Assembly (NCBI RefSeq): GCF_009914755.1
Contig: NC_060925.1
Origin: the human T2T-CHM13v2.0 reference genome, Homo sapiens
DNA: 64,000 nucleotides
Strand: one strand, 5' to 3'
Position numbers and translations under genes: made by a program. The notes below the pieces were generated by a model, which worked only from the letters and a program-made list of their open reading frames with translations, did not search any database and was not told where the DNA came from. Shown here one piece after another: positions 13,842 through 27,756 of this stretch (position 1 is the stretch's first letter; each line of letters opens with the position of its first letter).

Positions 13842-13947
13842 CGCAGTGTCACATGGAAAGGGTATGGTCCTTTAACCCTACCCTCCCCAGCACAACTATC
13901 ACAGATGTCAGGGAACCTCTGCTCACAGAACTGCTTTCCAGGGATTG

Positions 13948-14246
13948 TCTTTTTTTTCTTTTTCTTTTTCTTTCTTTTTTTTTTGAGACAGAGTCTCACT
14001 CTGTCGCCCAGGCTGAAGTGCAGTGGTGCGATCTCAGCTCACTGCAGCCTCCGCCTCCTGGGTTCAAGTGATTATCTTGCTACAGCCTTCTGAGTAGCTG
14101 GGATTACAGGTGCCTGCCACCATGTCCAGCTAATTTTTGTATTTTTATTAGAGACGGGGTTTCCCCATGTTGGCTAGGCTGGTCTTGAACTCCTGACCTC
14201 AGGTGATCTGCCCACCTCAGACAGGCATGAGCACCGCACCCAGCCC
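13948..14246 (-). mobile_element. Alu (S-type) with short internal deletion
   Basis: Antisense dimer lacking the cctcccaaagtgctgggatt segment. Confidence 0.9.
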
Positions 14247-14912
14247 CAGGGAGCGTCTTATTAGTGGTTGGCAACTGAATGGAGACGTGGGAATTGTAAG
14301 GAACTGATTCTACTTGATCCTGGGTCCCCTGCTTCTCCATCTTCACCCACCCATCAGCTCCCTTTCTCCTTTAAACAGGCACCTTTGCTCTCTGCTTATC
14401 CATTTTTGTTGTGCATTGCTATTTGGGAGCCTAAGAAACACAACATCCTCTGAATGCTCCAGCTGTTGTGGGTCTGAAGGGTGAGCCTGCCCTCTGTCAT
14501 TGGAGGCTGCAGCCTGTGGCTTTTTAGGTACAGGGACTCCCAGAACTGCTCCTCCAGTCATAGCAGAGATAAATCACAGGAGCTTAAGAGGCATGGGAAG
14601 AACAGAGGGAGGAGATCGTAGCTTCCCTGTTCATTCACACCCAAAACAAAACTGTCATACTAGAAAAGGAGGTATTAAAAGAGCCACCTGTACAGCCTCG
14701 TATCTCATCCAGCACACTGCTGCAGATGGAATATTATGATTTAGCTTGAGAAAATGCAGCAACTCTTTGTTGTGGTGCCCCTCTTTGAGTAAGAGTGAAT
14801 TCCCCATTGCCAGAGTGGATAGTGAGGGAAACCCTGGGTCCAGGCAGGAGTCTGTTTAGGATTTATCTAGTGAGGCTGAGCCAGAGGAGGACCTTACAGT
14901 TTTTTCTCTTCA

Positions 14913-15064
14913 ATTTCTTTTATTTATTTATTTATTTTTGTAGAGATGGGGTTTTGCCATGTTACCCAGGCTGGTCTTGAACTCCTGGGCTCAAGCGATC
15001 TGTCTGCCTCAGCCTCCCAAACTGTTGGGATTACAGGCGTGAGCCGAGCCACCATACCCGGCCC
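14913..15064 (-). mobile_element. Alu monomer (FLAM-like)
   Basis: T-rich tail plus left monomer only. Confidence 0.85.
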
Positions 15065-15978
15065 TTCTCCTGCATTTCCACCTGATAATTTCTCTCATTT
15101 CCATAGATGATGAAGGAACTAAAGCCAAGAACTTTCCAAGGTCCTGCAGCTCTTTGGGGGATGTGAAGCTGTGCTCTATTTGTATGGATTTTGCTGGTTC
15201 CCAGAACTTCCCTGTGGCCCTGGGGCCTAGTCTGAGGGTACTCTGAGTGAAGAGGGAGGAGGGCCCACACCTCTTCTGCAAAGGCTGCTTTTGTAAAGTT
15301 CACTTCAGTTCACATCTTCCTCCTGGTCAGAAAGCTTCGGGGGCTCTCCTCTGCTGCATTAAGCTCTTACTCCTCCATCAGGCACCAAACTCCTCCCTGG
15401 CATGGCCCATCCTACCAGGTCCCCACACTTGAGCCACATCCAATTGCTCGATATTATCAGGATAGGTTATGTTATGTTCCCAACTCATATGTTTACTTAA
15501 GTGGTTACCTCTTTCCAGAATGAGCCCCCTCCTCCAAACTCTGCCTGGTGAAATATTCCTAACCTTTGCAGCTTCACATCCCTCTTACTTCTTGTGACCT
15601 GAGGCATCTACTCCTGACAACTGATAGACTGTGTCCCCTCCTGTCGGGTGCATTGTCCTTGTCACTACCCTCCTGGCTTTTAGCTGGCTTTGCTTCCCGC
15701 TGTTGTTACTCCTGTACTTGTCTCATCTATCCTAAACAGAAGGTGCTGCAGGCTGGGGAGTTTGTTCATGTTGAAATCCCTGTGATGGAGGTGAGCAGAG
15801 GCAGTCTCTGCCTGTGCCTCTTATTTGGGGATGAAGTTAAAATCCCTGTAGGAATAATCCAGGCCATAGCCGGGGTTGCTGTCTTCAGAAAGAAGGGCAG
15901 CCACAGGTCTTGTTAAGGGGATTGAAATTGGCTGACTTGGTGGAAGGAACCTGCCTGCTTTGTTTAAAAACCACATAT

Positions 15979-16283
15979 AGCTGAGTGTAGTGGTTCACAC
16001 TCTGTAATACCAGTGCTTTGGGAGGCTGAGGCAGGAGGATCACTTGAGGCCAGGAGTTTGAGACTAGCTTGGGCAACAACGTGAGACCCTCATTTCTACA
16101 AAATATTTTAAAAATTAGCCTAGTATGGTGGCGTGCATCTGCAGCCCTAGCTACTGAGGAGGCTGAAGTGGGAGAATTGCTTGAACCCAGGAGTTCAAGG
16201 CTGCAGTGAGCTATGATTGCACCACTGTACTCCAACGTAAGTGACCAGTGAGACCCTGTCTCTAGAAATAAAAATAAAAAAAA
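15979..16283 (+). mobile_element. AluJ-like
   Basis: ggagttcaaggctgcagtgagctatgatt; flanking aaaaa(c/t)cacatat TSD. Confidence 0.92.
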
Positions 16284-16379
16284 TCACATATATTGTGGGG
16301 TGACTTACTTGGAGACGAACTTTCAGCAGAGCGCACACCTGCTATCCCTGCCCAGGGTGTGAAGCTCAGCCCTGAGGGT

Positions 16380-16542
16380 CTCTGGACAGCGATCACTCAG
16401 CCTCTGGACAGCGATCACTCAGCCTCTGGACAGACAGCGATCACTCAGCCTCTGGACAGCGATCACTCAGCCTCTGGACAGCGATCACTCAGCCTCTGGA
16501 CAGCGATCACTCAGCCTCTGGACAGCGATAACTCAGCCTCTG
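16380..16542. repeat. Minisatellite, 22-bp unit CTCTGGACAGCGATCACTCAGC x ~7.2
   Basis: Copies start at 16380, 16402, 16424 (+ACAG insertion), 16450, 16472, 16494, 16516 (one C>A); partial copy at 16538. Confidence 0.97.
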
Positions 16543-17224
16543 TCCCCGTCTGAGATGTTGGCAGGGACTGTCAGATTTGCCAGGCATTGTTTGAAGTTCT
16601 TCCCAGCCCAGAAACCTGCATGTGTAGATTTTGGTACACTGGGTCCCCCACTTGGTACTACTGTGTGAAACCCCACTTGGCACTGTTTTAGGGGGCAGGC
16701 TTCCCTCCTGTCCCCTTGGCCTTGGCCTTCCCCTGGGTCCCGCCCTCAGTGGCACTTCCCCACCTCACACGTCTGCTCTCATGGCTTAGGTCTCCACTTC
16801 TAACCTCAGGAGACCTGGTCCTCAGACACCTCCCAGACAGCTTCCCCATTTTATCCCATAGACACTCAAAGGGTGAAATTCATGGTCTTTCCCGAGACTC
16901 TCTTCTCCGGTCTTCCCTGTCTTAGTCCCCACCTGGCTGCCATTCTAGACTGTGTTTTCTCTCCTGCGTCAGGTCCTGCCCTTGACCTCTTGACCCCTTC
17001 TGGACTCTGCCCTCACTTGCATCCATCCTGCTGCTGTCCTCAGCTCTCCTCACCTGCCACAGTTGTCTCTGGGGGTCACTTTCCCTCTCTGGTCAGTGGC
17101 CAGACTGACTTTTATAAACCTGGTTCAGATCTTGTCTGTCAAGATTGTCCTCAGGGTGATGTGTGTCTCCTTAACATGGTGCCTGAGACCCTGATCATCT
17201 CCACTGCCCGCCCCACAGTGTGAG

Positions 17225-17512
17225 GCCCTCACTGGAACATTGTGCCTTCTGCCCTTCCCTCCTCCTGGGAAAACCAGTCTCCATCAGATAGGCTCTTCTC
17301 TAGAAAACATTCGTGATCTCTGAGATTTGGTTCCACTTTTGTGCTTCTGCACCTACCATCAAACACCCGGATTGTATCATTTGTCACATTAGATGATTTT
17401 TGTTTTGTTTTAAGACAAGGGTGTTTCTTACTCATCTTTTTATCCCCAGAGCCCAGCATGATCTTTGGTGCATAGTAGATGCACCACAGATGTTTGCTGA
17501 TTGAATGAATGA
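17225..17512 (+). mobile_element. L2 3' fragment
   Basis: Ends ...catagtagatgcaccacagatgtttgctgattgaatgaatga, an L2-type tail. Confidence 0.65.
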
Positions 17513-17735
17513 GCACACTGACAGTTTGGAGCTGCCCTGACTTTCGTGGCTATGCGTTTTGCCCCCTGGGATGTGAGTCACCTCAGGCCAGCCCCAGGCA
17601 AGGCCGCTGCTGCCTCCATGGTAACTCTCAAGGCCTCTTGTTTTATGGCAGTCGTTTGATTGACAGGCATCTCTTGGAAGCTTTTGGGGCAGGACTTGTG
17701 TCCAAGTCTCCAGGTCGCCTCCAGCCACCCCCTGA

Positions 17736-18041
<306 letters not shown>

Positions 18042-19334
18042 TGATGCGGGAGGGAGAAGGGAAGTAATGATGAGGATTGGCCGAAAAGGTGGGTGGCTGG
18101 CCATGATGGACCTTCCATCTGCAGGGTTTCATAGGACTGCGCATTCACAGCCAGAGATGGACTTGGCAGTGGGCTGAAGGACGCTGTCCACTCTGCCACC
18201 TTGGGTTTACCTCTCTCATGCAGGTCACTGTTTCCACTGTAATAGGAGAGTTTGTTTGGATGCCTGGGTGCTAGGACAGGTAACACAGAAGCTTAGGATG
18301 GTAGCAGGGGAAGCATTTTTTGGCAGATGGCCAGACATGGTAAGTGTGAGAGGAGTCTGCCTGATACACGATTGACTTTTGAGCTGGGGATATTTGGGCT
18401 TCACTGTGATCATTCAGCCCCCAGGGGAGGAGATTGTAACGTTAGAAAGAGTAGGATATCGTTGGGAGAGCCACTTAGTTGTGTCCTTTCTCTCCCGATC
18501 AGGGCAGAACATCTGAATTTGCCTGAACCCTGTTCTCTGTTTTGCCCATTATAGAATTAAAAAATGTCTCTGTGTGGACTGTTTTTTTGCAGCCAGTCTT
18601 AATCCTGCTTGCTGAAATTTGAGCTCACTTCTCCATGTTCTCCTTGAGAACGGAACCATCGTCCCTAAGCCCTGAGTGAAATCACACCAGCTTAAGGCCA
18701 CTGCTCTGCCACTCCTCAGCCTTTTCTTGTTTGTTATCTCCGGGAAGTTTTGTACACTTTGGTTGTTTCAGTTTCTGTTCATGAGTAGTCTTCTTTCTTG
18801 GCTGAACGTCTAGATTGGGACTCTCTCTGCAGAGAACCGGTACTGAAGCAACTGTCATTTTCAGTTTTTGTTTCATTTGGCTTTTTCTTTAGCTGTTCAC
18901 CTTATTAGCAAGGCAGCCCATGACCTTGACTTGCCACAGTTCCAAAACACAAATTCTTACAGATCGGTTTGTGCTAGTGTCTGGCAGGTGTCCTGCCCTC
19001 CCTCGTTACCTCCTCATTTGTGCCTGCCCACCTTCCCAGAGCCTGCGTCTTCTCAGATGCTTAACACCTGTTTAGCCTCTCTAGTTCAGAGCTACAAATT
19101 TACATGCTTGATTCTGTGGGGCAGAAAGTTCAAAGTAATTTCTTCCTCTGCAAATTCCCAGTATCTTAGTCACACGCAAAGAGAGTGTCCCTGTGCACTG
19201 ACTCCTCTAGCTAGTGATTTGTCAGCCAAAAATGTTTATTTATCTCCTGGCCTGTCTCCTCCCATATCAGTATGGCCACATGAACAGAATTGAGTGACCT
19301 CCTGAGTCCCTGTATTAGGAAGGGGAAAGATCTT

Positions 19335-19374
19335 TTGATTCATTAACCATTAAGTTGATTCATTAACCATTAAG
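19335..19374. repeat. Exact 20-bp tandem duplication TTGATTCATTAACCATTAAG x2
   Basis: Direct reading. Confidence 0.95.
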
Positions 19375-19565
19375 TCTTGGGCCTGCAGACCATAGCAACC
19401 TTCCTTCCTTCATTTATGGTGCTTCATCCAGCTCCAAATCTTCTCTACTTTGTCCTCACAAACTTTTCATATGCCCTAGTAGCTCATAGACTGCTCCTTA
19501 TATCTGGAAAGCAACATTCAAACTTCTCATTTCTGGTTCCAAAAATCCGTGCATTACATGGATAG

Positions 19566-19829
<264 letters not shown>

Positions 19830-20540
19830 TGAGTTGGGGGGCTGGGGGGAGCAGGGTGGGGTGAGGGCTGAGTTGCCAGGGGGTGGGGGGCGCAGCAGCC
19901 TGTGTTGGTCACTGTACCTGCAGCTCCACACCAGCAGCGGTAAAGAGCAGGGATGAAGAACCGCCCAGGTTCATGGCCTGGCTCACTGCCTCCTGGATTG
20001 TGACCTACTTGGGCATGCTTTTAACATCCCTATGCCTCAGCTTCCTTGTTCGTATAATGGGTTGATAACGCAGTTACTGGGAGAATTAAGTGAGTTAATA
20101 TGAGTGAAGGGCTTAGAAGAGTGTCTACTGCACGTGAGTGCTCAGGCAAGCTGGATCCTGCTGCAGAAAGCAAGCTCTTGATCCTGGGCATGGCTGTGCC
20201 ACTGATCCCTGTGTGACTGCAAACAAATCACTTCCTCTCTGAGTCTCTGCTTCCCTGAATGTGAAACAAGGTGGTTGGACCAGATATTTCTCAGCTCACT
20301 TCCAGCCTTGTGAGGAAGACTTATAAAGCCTTTCGTTTATTTTAGTAAAATACATGCAGAGGCAGCAGCGTAGAAAAATGAGAAGCTTCCTCCACTTCTT
20401 CCCCCTCCCCTTTCTGTGGTCCTCACTGCTAAGCACCTTCTGTAAACTTTTTTTTTTTTTTTTAAAGTTAGGGACTTTTGTTTCATTTCGTGTGTGTTGG
20501 TTTTTTTTGTTGTTGTTGTTTCTTTTAAAGAAAGGAATAA

Positions 20541-20846
20541 GGCCAGGTGTGGTGTCTCATGCCTGTAATCCCAGCACTTTGGGAGACTGAGGTGAGAGGA
20601 TTATTTGAGCCCAGGAGTTTGAGACCAGCCTGGGAAATGTGGCGAGACCCTGTCTGTACAAAAAATGCAAAAATTAGCCAGGTGTGGTGGTACATGCCTG
20701 TAGTCTCAGCTACTTGGGAGACTGAGGTGGAAGAACACCTGAGCCCAGAAGTCGAGGCTGCAGTGAGCCATGATTGCGCCACTGCACTGCAGCCTCAGCA
20801 ACAGAGTGAGACCCTGTCTCAAAATTTTTTTAAAAAATTAAAAAAG
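20541..20846 (+). mobile_element. AluJ-like (intron 5)
   Basis: Full sense dimer, gtcgaggctgcagtgagccatgatt. Confidence 0.93.
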
Positions 20847-21366
20847 AAGTAGAGTCCCATCCTCAGAAAGCTTATAGTGTGTGGGGGATTCAGCGCAGAA
20901 CAGGTGAAAGCATGGAGAGAATGCAGCCAGCGGTTTGTTTGCAGCAGTCCAGGCTGGGAAGAGTGAGGTTTGAGTGAATTGCTTCCTGTGTCTGCTTCCT
21001 GAGCTTATGAGCTGCAAGGACAGCAGTTGCTTCAGCGGGTGGGGGTCGGGTAGTAGCAGGTGGAGGAGTGCTGGGCTGGGTGGAGCTGGTGGAGAGGTGT
21101 GGGTGGGTGGGGGAATGAGAACTGGATGGGTGAGAGAAGTGCCTAGGGAGCCTTTAATCCCTGTGGGGGTGGGGAAAGCAGCAGGGAGGTCATCTAGCCC
21201 TCGTCCTCACTGCTGCACTGGGCCCAGTTGGCAGGCTGAGAGCCACAGGTCTGTGGTCAGGGTGCCAGGAAATGAGCTGGAGGACAGGAACTGCTCATGG
21301 GGATGGTGCCCGCACTCCATCAGGGCAGCATGTGGGCAGCATGGGCATCCCAGGCACCTCCCCTAG

Positions 21367-21657
<291 letters not shown>

Positions 21658-21768
21658 TGAAACAGCCGCCTTTAGAAAAACACAAATTAGAGGAAAATAG
21701 ACCCAGATTTTTTGTACTCCTCCCCACCCCATCCTGTCTCCCACCGTGGATGACCTAATACTGTTGTC

Positions 21769-22079
21769 TTTTATTTTTATTTATTTTCTTTTTCTTGAAA
21801 CATGGTCTCACTCCATTGCCCAGGCTGGAGTGCAGTGGTGCGATCATGACTCACTGCAGCCTCAACCTCCTGGGCTCAAGAAGTTCTCCCACCCAGCCCC
21901 TCAAGTAGCTAGGACTACAGGTGTGCACCACCATACCTGGCTAATTAAAAAATTTTTTTTTGTGCAGGCTAGATCTCACAGTGTTGCCCAGGCTGGTCTC
22001 AAACTCCTGGACTCAAGTGATCTCCCACCTTGGCCTCCCAAAGTTCTGGGATTACATGTGTGAGCCATTGCATCCAGCC
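21769..22079 (-). mobile_element. AluJ-like (intron 6)
   Basis: Full antisense dimer; TSD CTGTTGTCTTTTA at 21761-21773 and 22079-22091. Confidence 0.93.
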
Positions 22080-22731
22080 TGTTGTCTTTTAAATTTACAC
22101 ATTATCCCACTTGAGTTCCTCATTGCAGTGTTCCAAGCATCATTTCTCATATTTCAAAGTTAATTTTGTTTTGCTTCTCTTTCTGAAGTTCTATTTTAGG
22201 CTCCCCTCACCCCGATACTTCCCCTGAAGATTTATTTTTAGTTTTCCTTTTCCTTTTCGGGCAAGGATGTGCAGAGGCCATGCTGAGGTCTTGCAGCCCT
22301 GGGAGACTTTTGGGTTGTAGCTGCCTATAGCTGCCAAGTAGCCCCAGGGAGTAGTGGAAGGGCAGATCCCATCTGGCCAGAATCATGGGCACTGCCTGTC
22401 CCCAAAGATGCCATAAGCTTTTAGACAGCGGCTTCAGGCTTTTCTCCCAGGTAAGGGGTTGAACCCCTAACGATGGAAAGGAAATTAAGCTGGGCATTAC
22501 CTATTTTAAAACTGTTTACACACAGGTGCCTCACAGCATTTTTTGTTCAGGCCGCTGCCATCCATGGAGCAGGTAGATAGAAGTGCAGAGTGCCCAGGCT
22601 AGAGGGATGGGACAGGGACAGTGCAGGGAGGGAGCTGAGCCCCCTTCCAGCGGGGGCAGCAGAGGGGAAAGCCATGGGAGGGGCTGCAGGATGTGTCCTG
22701 AGCTGAAGCTTATCAACAAGTAATGAGTACC

Positions 22732-22865
22732 AGCTGGGCATTGTGGTGCACGCCTGTGGTCCCAACTACTTGGGAGACTGAGGCAGGAGGATCGCCTGAC
22801 CCCAGGAGTTCAAGTCTAGCCTGGGCAATGTAAGACCCTGTCTCTAAAAAAATAATAATAAAATA
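22732..22865 (+). mobile_element. Alu monomer (FLAM-like)
   Basis: Single monomer with A-rich tail. Confidence 0.82.
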
Positions 22866-24002
22866 AGTAACAATTACCTGTGTAACTGTGACGAGGCAGG
22901 GTTTGAACATTGCCGCTGGGAGGTTGGCAGATGGTGGGAAGCAGGGTGGAGGGCTGCTGGTTTGGAGCAGAGGATACAGATTGCATGGGGTCAAGCTAGA
23001 AATTGCGTGGCAGATGTGAAGAGCTGGCCCCACTGCGGGCAGTAGGTGTCTGGTGGCCAGTCCCAGAGGCTGTGAAGAGGGGCTCAGCCATCTGTCTAGT
23101 AGGGCTTCCTTGGAGGTTCCACGATACAGGCAGATGGTGGTGGCCCGGGCAGCCAGGTGGTGGCTGGGATGAAGAGGGTTGGCAGGTCCCAGAGGCAGCC
23201 CCTTCCCCTTTTGGCTGTGTGTGCAGCAGGGCCGTGGAGGCTGCTTTTAGTCCAGGTAGACCAGGGCCACGCTGAGGTCCCAGTGGGCTGAGCTGGTGAC
23301 TGATGAGTTGGTCCTCAGGGGTGAGGCTGGTGGGAAGTGATGTCACTGTCCCGCCGATGGCCAGCTAAGGGACTGGGTTAGGATCAGCCCCCTCTTGTCC
23401 TTCACTCTCCCATCCTTGGCCAGGAGAAGAGGAACAGGTCTTTCTGAGGACCTGCTTGTAGACCTTTGGGTAGGAGGGGACTTCCCAGGTTCTCTGTTGA
23501 GGCCACTCTATCTAAAATAGCACCCCAGTGAGTCTCCTATCACTGTATCCTAACATTATTTTCTCCATGGCCCTCATCATTACCTGCTGATATACTGTAT
23601 GTTTGTCTATATATCATCTAACACCCCTCACACTGGAACACAATGCCCGTGGGCAGAGACTTTGCTAGCCTTGGTTCCAGAGCCTAGAACAGTGCCTGGC
23701 AAGTAGGAGACACCCAGCATTACCTTTCTAAGTGAACCAGTAGAGATGGGGGGAGACCGCAAGGCTATGCCGGCAGACCTGAGGGAGTCCTGTCTGCATG
23801 CGCTGCAGGATGACCTGAGGGGAACTCCTTGGACTTCTGTGCCCTCTTTATCTGTAAGGTGGCCACCTGATCCCTTCCAGCGTAGGCATGAAGTAGCCTA
23901 ATGAAGAGCATTCAGGCTTGGGTATCAGTCTCAGGATCCTGGGGGCCTTAGAATTTGTGGCGCTTGGGGACACCTTGTGATCGTGCAATTTCTGTTGTCT
24001 AG

Positions 24003-24070
24003 TTCATCCATGGCTGGTTGATCATGTCTTCACTGATGCTGCTGTTCCTCTTCACCTATATCTACCTTGG
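24003..24070 (+). CDS. PSEN2: PSEN2 exon 7, aa 167-189 (TM3)
   Basis: gtctag|TTC ATC CAT GGC TGG = FIHGWLIMSSLMLLFLFTYIYL GG|gtaagt. Confidence 0.98.
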
Positions 24071-24624
24071 GTAAGTGACAGATAAGCAGCAGGGTCCCTG
24101 GGAGCCCCTCTCCATGTGGCACAAGTGGACATGGGCATGAGGACCTGGGCGGGGAAAGATGACCATCGAGCTCCAGTCTTCCCCAGTGCCAGCCATTTTG
24201 GGAACCCAGGCCTCCGTCGCCCTCTCTCATGGCCTTGACACAGGGGAGTGGAAGTGGGGCTGCATGGTGGACCACATGTTTCTGTCTCGTTCCTGATTTA
24301 AAATGAACCCTTCATGGAGAAGGCTCTCTGTGAACCCCAGGGGGATAGAAACCCCCCAAAATTTACATTCTGATTTTTAGGCTAGGCCTGGGTACTTTCT
24401 GGTTTGTGGGAAAAATTATCTGTTCTATCGCCCCTTGATTTGGGATATCAGCCTGACCCAGGGGCCCAAAGAGACTGGGAGGACAAGAGAAAACACTTTC
24501 CCAAGGACCTTTCCATGTGCACAGGGTCTTCCAGGTCATGCCCATGCACATTTCTGTGATCTGTTCCAAGCATCCCCACCTTGTTTTAGAAAATGCTGCA
24601 AATGGTAAATTGTAAGGACAGTGA

Positions 24625-25047
<423 letters not shown>

Positions 25048-25180
25048 TGAAGGGCTTGCATCCCTTTCTGCAGAGGCCTGGGTGGGATCCCTCCTGAGAG
25101 AGTCGCCTTTGTAAAACAGAGGGGGGTCCACTATTTCTGGAACACTCCTGGTGGTCTAGATAAAACGCAGTAGTCACTGA

Positions 25181-25486
<306 letters not shown>

Positions 25487-25918
25487 TCATTTTCCATTAT
25501 TACTGCTATGCTGATTGAGCAAGTGCACTGTTAAGCACTGGACACGCTGTAAGTGATTTGTTCATCAAGACAGTCCTTTGGGTACCATGCATATACATAA
25601 CCCCAAATGTTAGCTGCTATTTGATATTAGCATGATTATCATTGCCAGTATTGTTACTTCCATTTTAAGGTTAAAGAATTGGAGGCTCAGAGAAGTGGGA
25701 CTCCCCAGCCTGGCCACCGCGTCTCGGGTGCACAGCTCCTCCATGCTTGCAGTTGCCTGCGAGGCCCTACTCTGGCTCACACCAGGGCCTGCTCTAAGTT
25801 GTGACTGGAGAATGAGAATTTGGGATGCCAGCCCAGAGGCAAGGCATGCTCTGAGAGCTCCACCCGGGGCTCCTGTGCTACAGGGCAGGCTCTTCTTCAG
25901 GGGGCTGCCCGGGGATAG

Positions 25919-26050
<132 letters not shown>

Positions 26051-27170
26051 TGAGCCCCCCGTGCCTCTGCCTGACTCGGGGTCAGCAGGCAGCCTGTGGG
26101 GGGACAGGGGCCTGCTTCCTGGCCGTGGCTTTCAGAGTTGACTGGGCGATCCCAGGAGGGTCTCCACTTTCAGAAGCCAGGGAGGGCAGTATCTTGTTAT
26201 TACACAGTAAGAAGCTTAGAAAGTTAGGACAGGAAGCAGGCATCTGCTGGGATGTGCTGCAGTCCCTGACTTCATCCCGTCCATCCTCCAGCGGCATGCT
26301 GCGGTGCAGGTTGCATTCCTGTGATCCCGCAGCCACCCCTCAGCTCTCCAGGCTCTTGAGAAGGGACTTTGGAGAGGGATTCTTCAGGGCAGGGGGTCGG
26401 GGAGCAAGGAGCTTCTGGGCTTCCTTGACAGCAGCGTGGCTGATTGGCATTAATCCTAACTGAAGGGAAGGCACACGGGATGGCCCCTGGCCTCGGGGTC
26501 AATGTGTAGAGATTTGGACTTACACATGCAGTCAACAAAGGCACATCAAGTCCCCATTTTGTGACAGGCACTGTGCTAGGCATTGGGGGACCCAGCAGGA
26601 AAGAAGACCACAGGGTCCCAGGCCTCATGGAGCTCACGGCCCTGTGATTGTGATGCCCTCGGTCTGTTGATGGCGGGGCTTAAATAGCCTGAATTTCTGG
26701 AGCTCTGGCGTCTGCAAGGTGGCCTGGGAAAGAGTTTATGGAACAGCTACAGAGTTCTAGGTACCTTCATGCAGTTGAGGATTCGAGCCCGTAGAGGAGA
26801 ATTGCCTGCAGCGTGGCCCCACGGGAAAGCACATTCCAGGCGCATTCCGAGGATGAGCGGAGACCATGTATGGAAAGGTAGTGCCAGGACTGTCATGAGT
26901 GTCCCAGGGCTCGGGGGATTCACCCGTGAACAGTGAGGTCTTGGCTCTGATAGACCTGGTTCTTATGCTTTAGGAGGGGAGACAAACAGTAACAGAATAG
27001 ACAAATGCAAGAGAGAGTGACTCTGGACCCCTCCCACAACGGCCTCCTAACAATGGAGCATGAGCAGATACCTGCAGGATGGAGGATCCTGTGCAGGCTT
27101 TCTGGGACGCAGACTGGCCACCTCCCCCAGGCCCTGCAGGCAGCCACTGTTAGCACCGCCTGAGACGTGA

Positions 27171-27398
<228 letters not shown>

Positions 27399-27654
27399 TG
27401 AAAACCAGCCGGACACATGCGGCTTGAAGATTGAGCAAGTGTTGGACCCTCGGTCCTCTGCCAGCCTCTGTTGCATCGTTCTGCTGGGCGTGGGTGGGTG
27501 GAGTGGGGGAAGCCCTGGTGTCAGGTGCTGGTGCTCAGGGGGACCCCTTCTTGGAGCTTTGTTCCCTGGTAACACTCTGACCAGCTGTTGTTTCTCTCTC
27601 TTGTTGTCCCCTCCTCACGGTGATGACGGACATCTTCTCTTCCTGGACACCCAG

Positions 27655-27756
27655 AAGAAGACTCCTATGACAGTTTTGGGGAGCCTTCATACCCCGAAGT
27701 CTTTGAGCCTCCCTTGACTGGCTACCCAGGGGAGGAGCTGGAGGAAGAGGAGGAAA
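27655..27756 (+). CDS. PSEN2: PSEN2 exon 11, aa 324-358 (cytosolic loop)
   Basis: cccag|AA GAA GAC = [35 protein letters not shown]|gtaagg; tandem NAG acceptor. Confidence 0.97.

Noticed and set aside
16380-16542. Repeat array as a CRISPR-like locus
   Set aside because: No unique spacers; head-to-tail minisatellite in a human intron
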